Shown: in pieces, positions 23,901 to 25,984 of the stretch
Layout of the letters: every line of letters begins with the position of its first letter
Numbering within the stretch: position 1 is the stretch's first letter
Virus record (IMG/VR): IMGVR_UViG_3300020044_011464
Span: 1 to 25,984 of that record
Length of the DNA stretch: 25,984 nt
Source: a virus
Lineage: Duplodnaviria; Caudoviricetes
Direction: 5' to 3' (one strand)
Notes under the pieces: model-generated
The model's input: only the letters and a program-made list of their open reading frames with translations
What the model was told of the DNA's origin: nothing
Database searches by the model: none
Made by a program: the position numbers and the translations under genes

Positions 23901-25076
23901 CCAACTGGATATTCTACATCGTCTGAGTTGGAAGAATTAGCAACAACTGAAAGACAAAGAGTTGAGCAATTTTCTATTACAGGATTGTTGGGCTATTCTA
24001 GTTTGAGCGGTTTATATAAGTTTTCGGGCTATACTGATGGTTTTGCCGACTCTGCAATTTATCCATATCAATTTCCAGCATATACAGGAACTGGTAATGC
24101 TGGTCAAAAATTATATTGCTACTATAATACGGGAGCGACTGGTTTTGTTTTTGCAACTGGATTAGCATTTCAAAACAACAACACATACGATAAGGTAATC
24201 ACTAATACAGGTGTATTTTATGGTGCAGATATTTCACCATTAGCTAAAGGAGATAGTGGTAATTACACTGGATTTACTTATGACTCAGCATCAGGAAATA
24301 AACGAGGCGCGACAAGCGGTCAAATATCTGGCGCTATAAATTGGGATAAAGATTTATATAAAGAGACAAAAGGTGTTTTGGATAGCGAAATCGACATCTA
24401 CAACATATCTCAAATCACAAAAATATCATTAACTGGCTACGACAATACAGGTGTTGATTATGGAAGCATTATTTCTCTTAACAAAAACGATCCAAATGTT
24501 AACTTCTTGGCTGCTGTTAAAGCTGGCAGTATTTATAGAATTGAGCGAACAGCAGCATCTGATCAAATATACAAAATCATTTCCATTCGCGAAAATTCCC
24601 AAAACGAATATGGCATTACAGCTTCTCGTTATGATACGGGAAAATTTGAAACAATTGAAAATGCAATAACTCAAGACTTCTTGGAAAACACTTACTATAC
24701 GGGAGTGGTTAGCGTTGGTAATGTTGTAGTCAAGCAATTGGCAACACCAACTATTGCAACATTCTCAGGATTTGACCAAACACCAAGCAATTTCAAACTC
24801 ACAGGACGATGGGTATCTGTAGCAAATGCAACAGGTTACAGCGTTTCCATTGATAACTCTTTGGCTGGTTATTTTGAATCAACAATCACTAATCAAACTG
24901 GTGTGCAGTTTACTGGATTGACTAACATCGGAAATTGGACACTATCTGTTTCGGCGTTAGCGGAATCTCCAAATATCAATTCGTCTACCGCTACTACAGG
25001 AACATTTGTTGCCTATACAGGAACTAATACTACAAGCATTACTAAACCAGCCGTTGTGGGCTTTTCTTTACAATAA
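20988..25076 (+). CDS. lambda gpJ-like tail tip/host specificity protein
   Basis: DLISDGPIEGLV, YEGDWDGSF, WTDNPAWILYDLLTSKRYGLG, EPRFSCN, GVTSRAMARRIG, RPGDLI, and a C-terminal FnIII-like segment. Confidence 0.93.
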   Translation: MKHVNKKFLIRGAGKGAPKPKPAILNPPKLGGFKSVASYSVAEIIDLISDGPIEGLVDQNSETLTKDIFKGIYLDNTPIQNTESLNAADSYGSLSIANLTNAISSIYIENGKFKTIVKQPLSTEGVFFAKTKSLGVERFATTIPLYEKSWNNFLNISVKNPLPAYWGLADNKIEIHHASPIVQKSAILNSFQAILNASKNNSDPIFKSIAQKNIKTLEKIKNLMNQSSYVSQKRVPGLVNTCFIIIDLINNTKINFNDEISSDKDIDFSIKGLSDKFDYVYTLTQPEIDQNNKYTGNVQSIVIIAAPLIELRNPKDKYSNWYYFSKSLLTALNQSDIKLQASEKTPQISIRTNELYNFSNVSCQFKNGEEFQSSLGGFDKVINDYAYEARLVGPFVKSQAIQRIVVNTNDNQFKLGAAGLNSNNLSISQTALINGQEGSRDQRAYGTAQNNYSDWNNENEKKDYNSLSVTHTIENPFVDKVSLSIVINALSDTIHLTTEGVKDVGKLEAGSKIPSIVAIRIETGKITNGEKKDFQSYSYSIVGLIEGACIIDFGADYSEAENLLKDSVKLIDGDNLNDANLTRPFDLPALTDGEDPSTTKRYIKVVKLSCETNSTLINKEISLGKVTEIIDQRLSYPFSAIAGIKLDARAFGSIPERSYDCKLKKVKIPTNYKIIDSQTRLDIRYVKSAKDYTTTKQIYEGDWDGSFTNGWTDNPAWILYDLLTSKRYGLGAYIDESQVNKWELYKIARFCDAVDDEGYFIGVSDGVGGLEPRFSCNILFKEQTKVYDAINIIANLFRGIVFFGGSEIHFLDDRPRTPIALFNNANTKDGIFNYSNIRRDLQFNTVEVVYLDRFDNYKTKVEYIQDEQDIRKRGVFKTTINTSGVTSRAMARRIGQHIIYQTTKENQSVDFSAGLEALLCRPGDLIIVEDEMKTRAINYGRVLEVDVTNKKLRIDNQFISGQYTGFITLYTPTGYSTSSELEELATTERQRVEQFSITGLLGYSSLSGLYKFSGYTDGFADSAIYPYQFPAYTGTGNAGQKLYCYYNTGATGFVFATGLAFQNNNTYDKVITNTGVFYGADISPLAKGDSGNYTGFTYDSASGNKRGATSGQISGAINWDKDLYKETKGVLDSEIDIYNISQITKISLTGYDNTGVDYGSIISLNKNDPNVNFLAAVKAGSIYRIERTAASDQIYKIISIRENSQNEYGITASRYDTGKFETIENAITQDFLENTYYTGVVSVGNVVVKQLATPTIATFSGFDQTPSNFKLTGRWVSVANATGYSVSIDNSLAGYFESTITNQTGVQFTGLTNIGNWTLSVSALAESPNINSSTATTGTFVAYTGTNTTSITKPAVVGFSLQ

Positions 25077-25079
25077 TTT

Positions 25080-25984
25080 ATGTTTTCATATCAAAATAAA
25101 GTAGTTGGAATTAAAATAACAGGTCAGGCGGGTTCTGATTTTTTTGATATTTTAGTTAATAGCGGATATGTAGGATCGACTACTGGCACTGGTCAAGGAG
25201 ATGGAGCTTATTTTGTGGGTTCTGCAAATAGTTCGTTGAGTTTGACGGGGGTAGAATATACTACTCCAACTGGTTATCCAGCGTCTATTTTGGTAAATTA
25301 TATTGATGAATTCGTAACAGGCAGTAATCAAGTGGCTACTAATTCAGCCAGCCCTCCTCAAAGTTCTGGTTATTATGTGCTACCAACTACTACTTATGGT
25401 CATGTTTTGGTTCATTCTGGAGCAGGATATAATTGGCAACTGCAATTTGGGGAGGGGAATGTCCAAGCAGAGGGCGGAACTGACCCATCAAATCCTTATG
25501 GAGTCTATGATGATACTGGATTAAATGCTATAGTTACTGTTTCCATAGACCCATCTATCGAGCAAACCCAAACGCCTGTTTATTATTTCAGCGAGCTATC
25601 TTTAAACGAAGGAACTAATCAATTATGCTTTATCAATAATCAAAATAATGGAAGCGGAAATCGCTTGTATTATGAAGTTAGTTTATATGAATTAAGTGGT
25701 TCGTATTTGGTCAACCCATCTATTATCGAAACAGGCGAAATTACCCCATCTACTGGAACAGATGAATGTTTGTTTTTTGATTTAGTTTATCCAACCCCAG
25801 GAGGTTCGATTAATTTGTTTGAATTTGATCCAGCATTTGATGTTGATACTGGCAACTTAAACCAAATCTTCACAGGTAGCGGCGTTCACTTGCAAAAAGA
25901 TGTTACTTTTTTCTTTGATATTTTAGACCAACAGCTCAATACTATTTCTTCTAATCAACAATTCTTGGAGAATCCGTTAATTAG
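25080..25984 (+). CDS. putative tail/virion structural protein, 3'-truncated by window
   Basis: Not in the ORF track. ATG 25080 lies 3 nt after the J stop and the frame stays open to the window end (MFSYQNKVVGIKITGQAGSDFF...). Rich in Gly, Ser and Thr. Confidence 0.75.
   Translation, partial: MFSYQNKVVGIKITGQAGSDFFDILVNSGYVGSTTGTGQGDGAYFVGSANSSLSLTGVEYTTPTGYPASILVNYIDEFVTGSNQVATNSASPPQSSGYYVLPTTTYGHVLVHSGAGYNWQLQFGEGNVQAEGGTDPSNPYGVYDDTGLNAIVTVSIDPSIEQTQTPVYYFSELSLNEGTNQLCFINNQNNGSGNRLYYEVSLYELSGSYLVNPSIIETGEITPSTGTDECLFFDLVYPTPGGSINLFEFDPAFDVDTGNLNQIFTGSGVHLQKDVTFFFDILDQQLNTISSNQQFLENPLI

Noticed and set aside
1-25984. Stop-codon reassignment, tRNA genes or large ncRNA
   Set aside because: Recognisable genes are full length in the standard code and end in TAA, TGA or TAG. 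Intergenic gaps are short and explained by promoters or hairpins, and no cloverleaf was seen.

Overview
This is a 26-kb segment of a large, AT-rich tailed (Caudoviricetes) phage genome that uses the standard genetic code. Bases 1-17,600 hold densely packed accessory, host-takeover and lysis genes. These include tandem YopX paralogs, a Ser/Thr phosphatase, the UV-damage endonuclease UvsE divergent from rIIA-rIIB, a T4 Rnl1-type RNA ligase beside an ATP-grasp gene, glutaredoxin, RlpA, a zincin-like protein, holin-like and amidase genes, ThyX, a P-loop kinase with a phosphoesterase, and a PD-(D/E)XK nuclease. From 17,647 onward lies a lambda-like tail-tip module (L, K, I, J) plus a truncated structural gene. 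Four signals stand out. (i) A GTGTAAA motif sits 14-16 nt before the start codons of three lysis/tail genes and one small membrane gene, and by eye nowhere else, making it a candidate novel late promoter. (ii) Nine TTGACA-type promoters occur at gene boundaries, and six of them predict leaderless or nearly leaderless mRNAs. (iii) The gpL tail-tip protein is about three times the usual size and carries inserted lectin-like modules. (iv) A dispersed RNA-repair kit is present. All family calls come from motif recognition by eye, with no database search. No tRNA, rRNA, CRISPR array or mobile element was seen.
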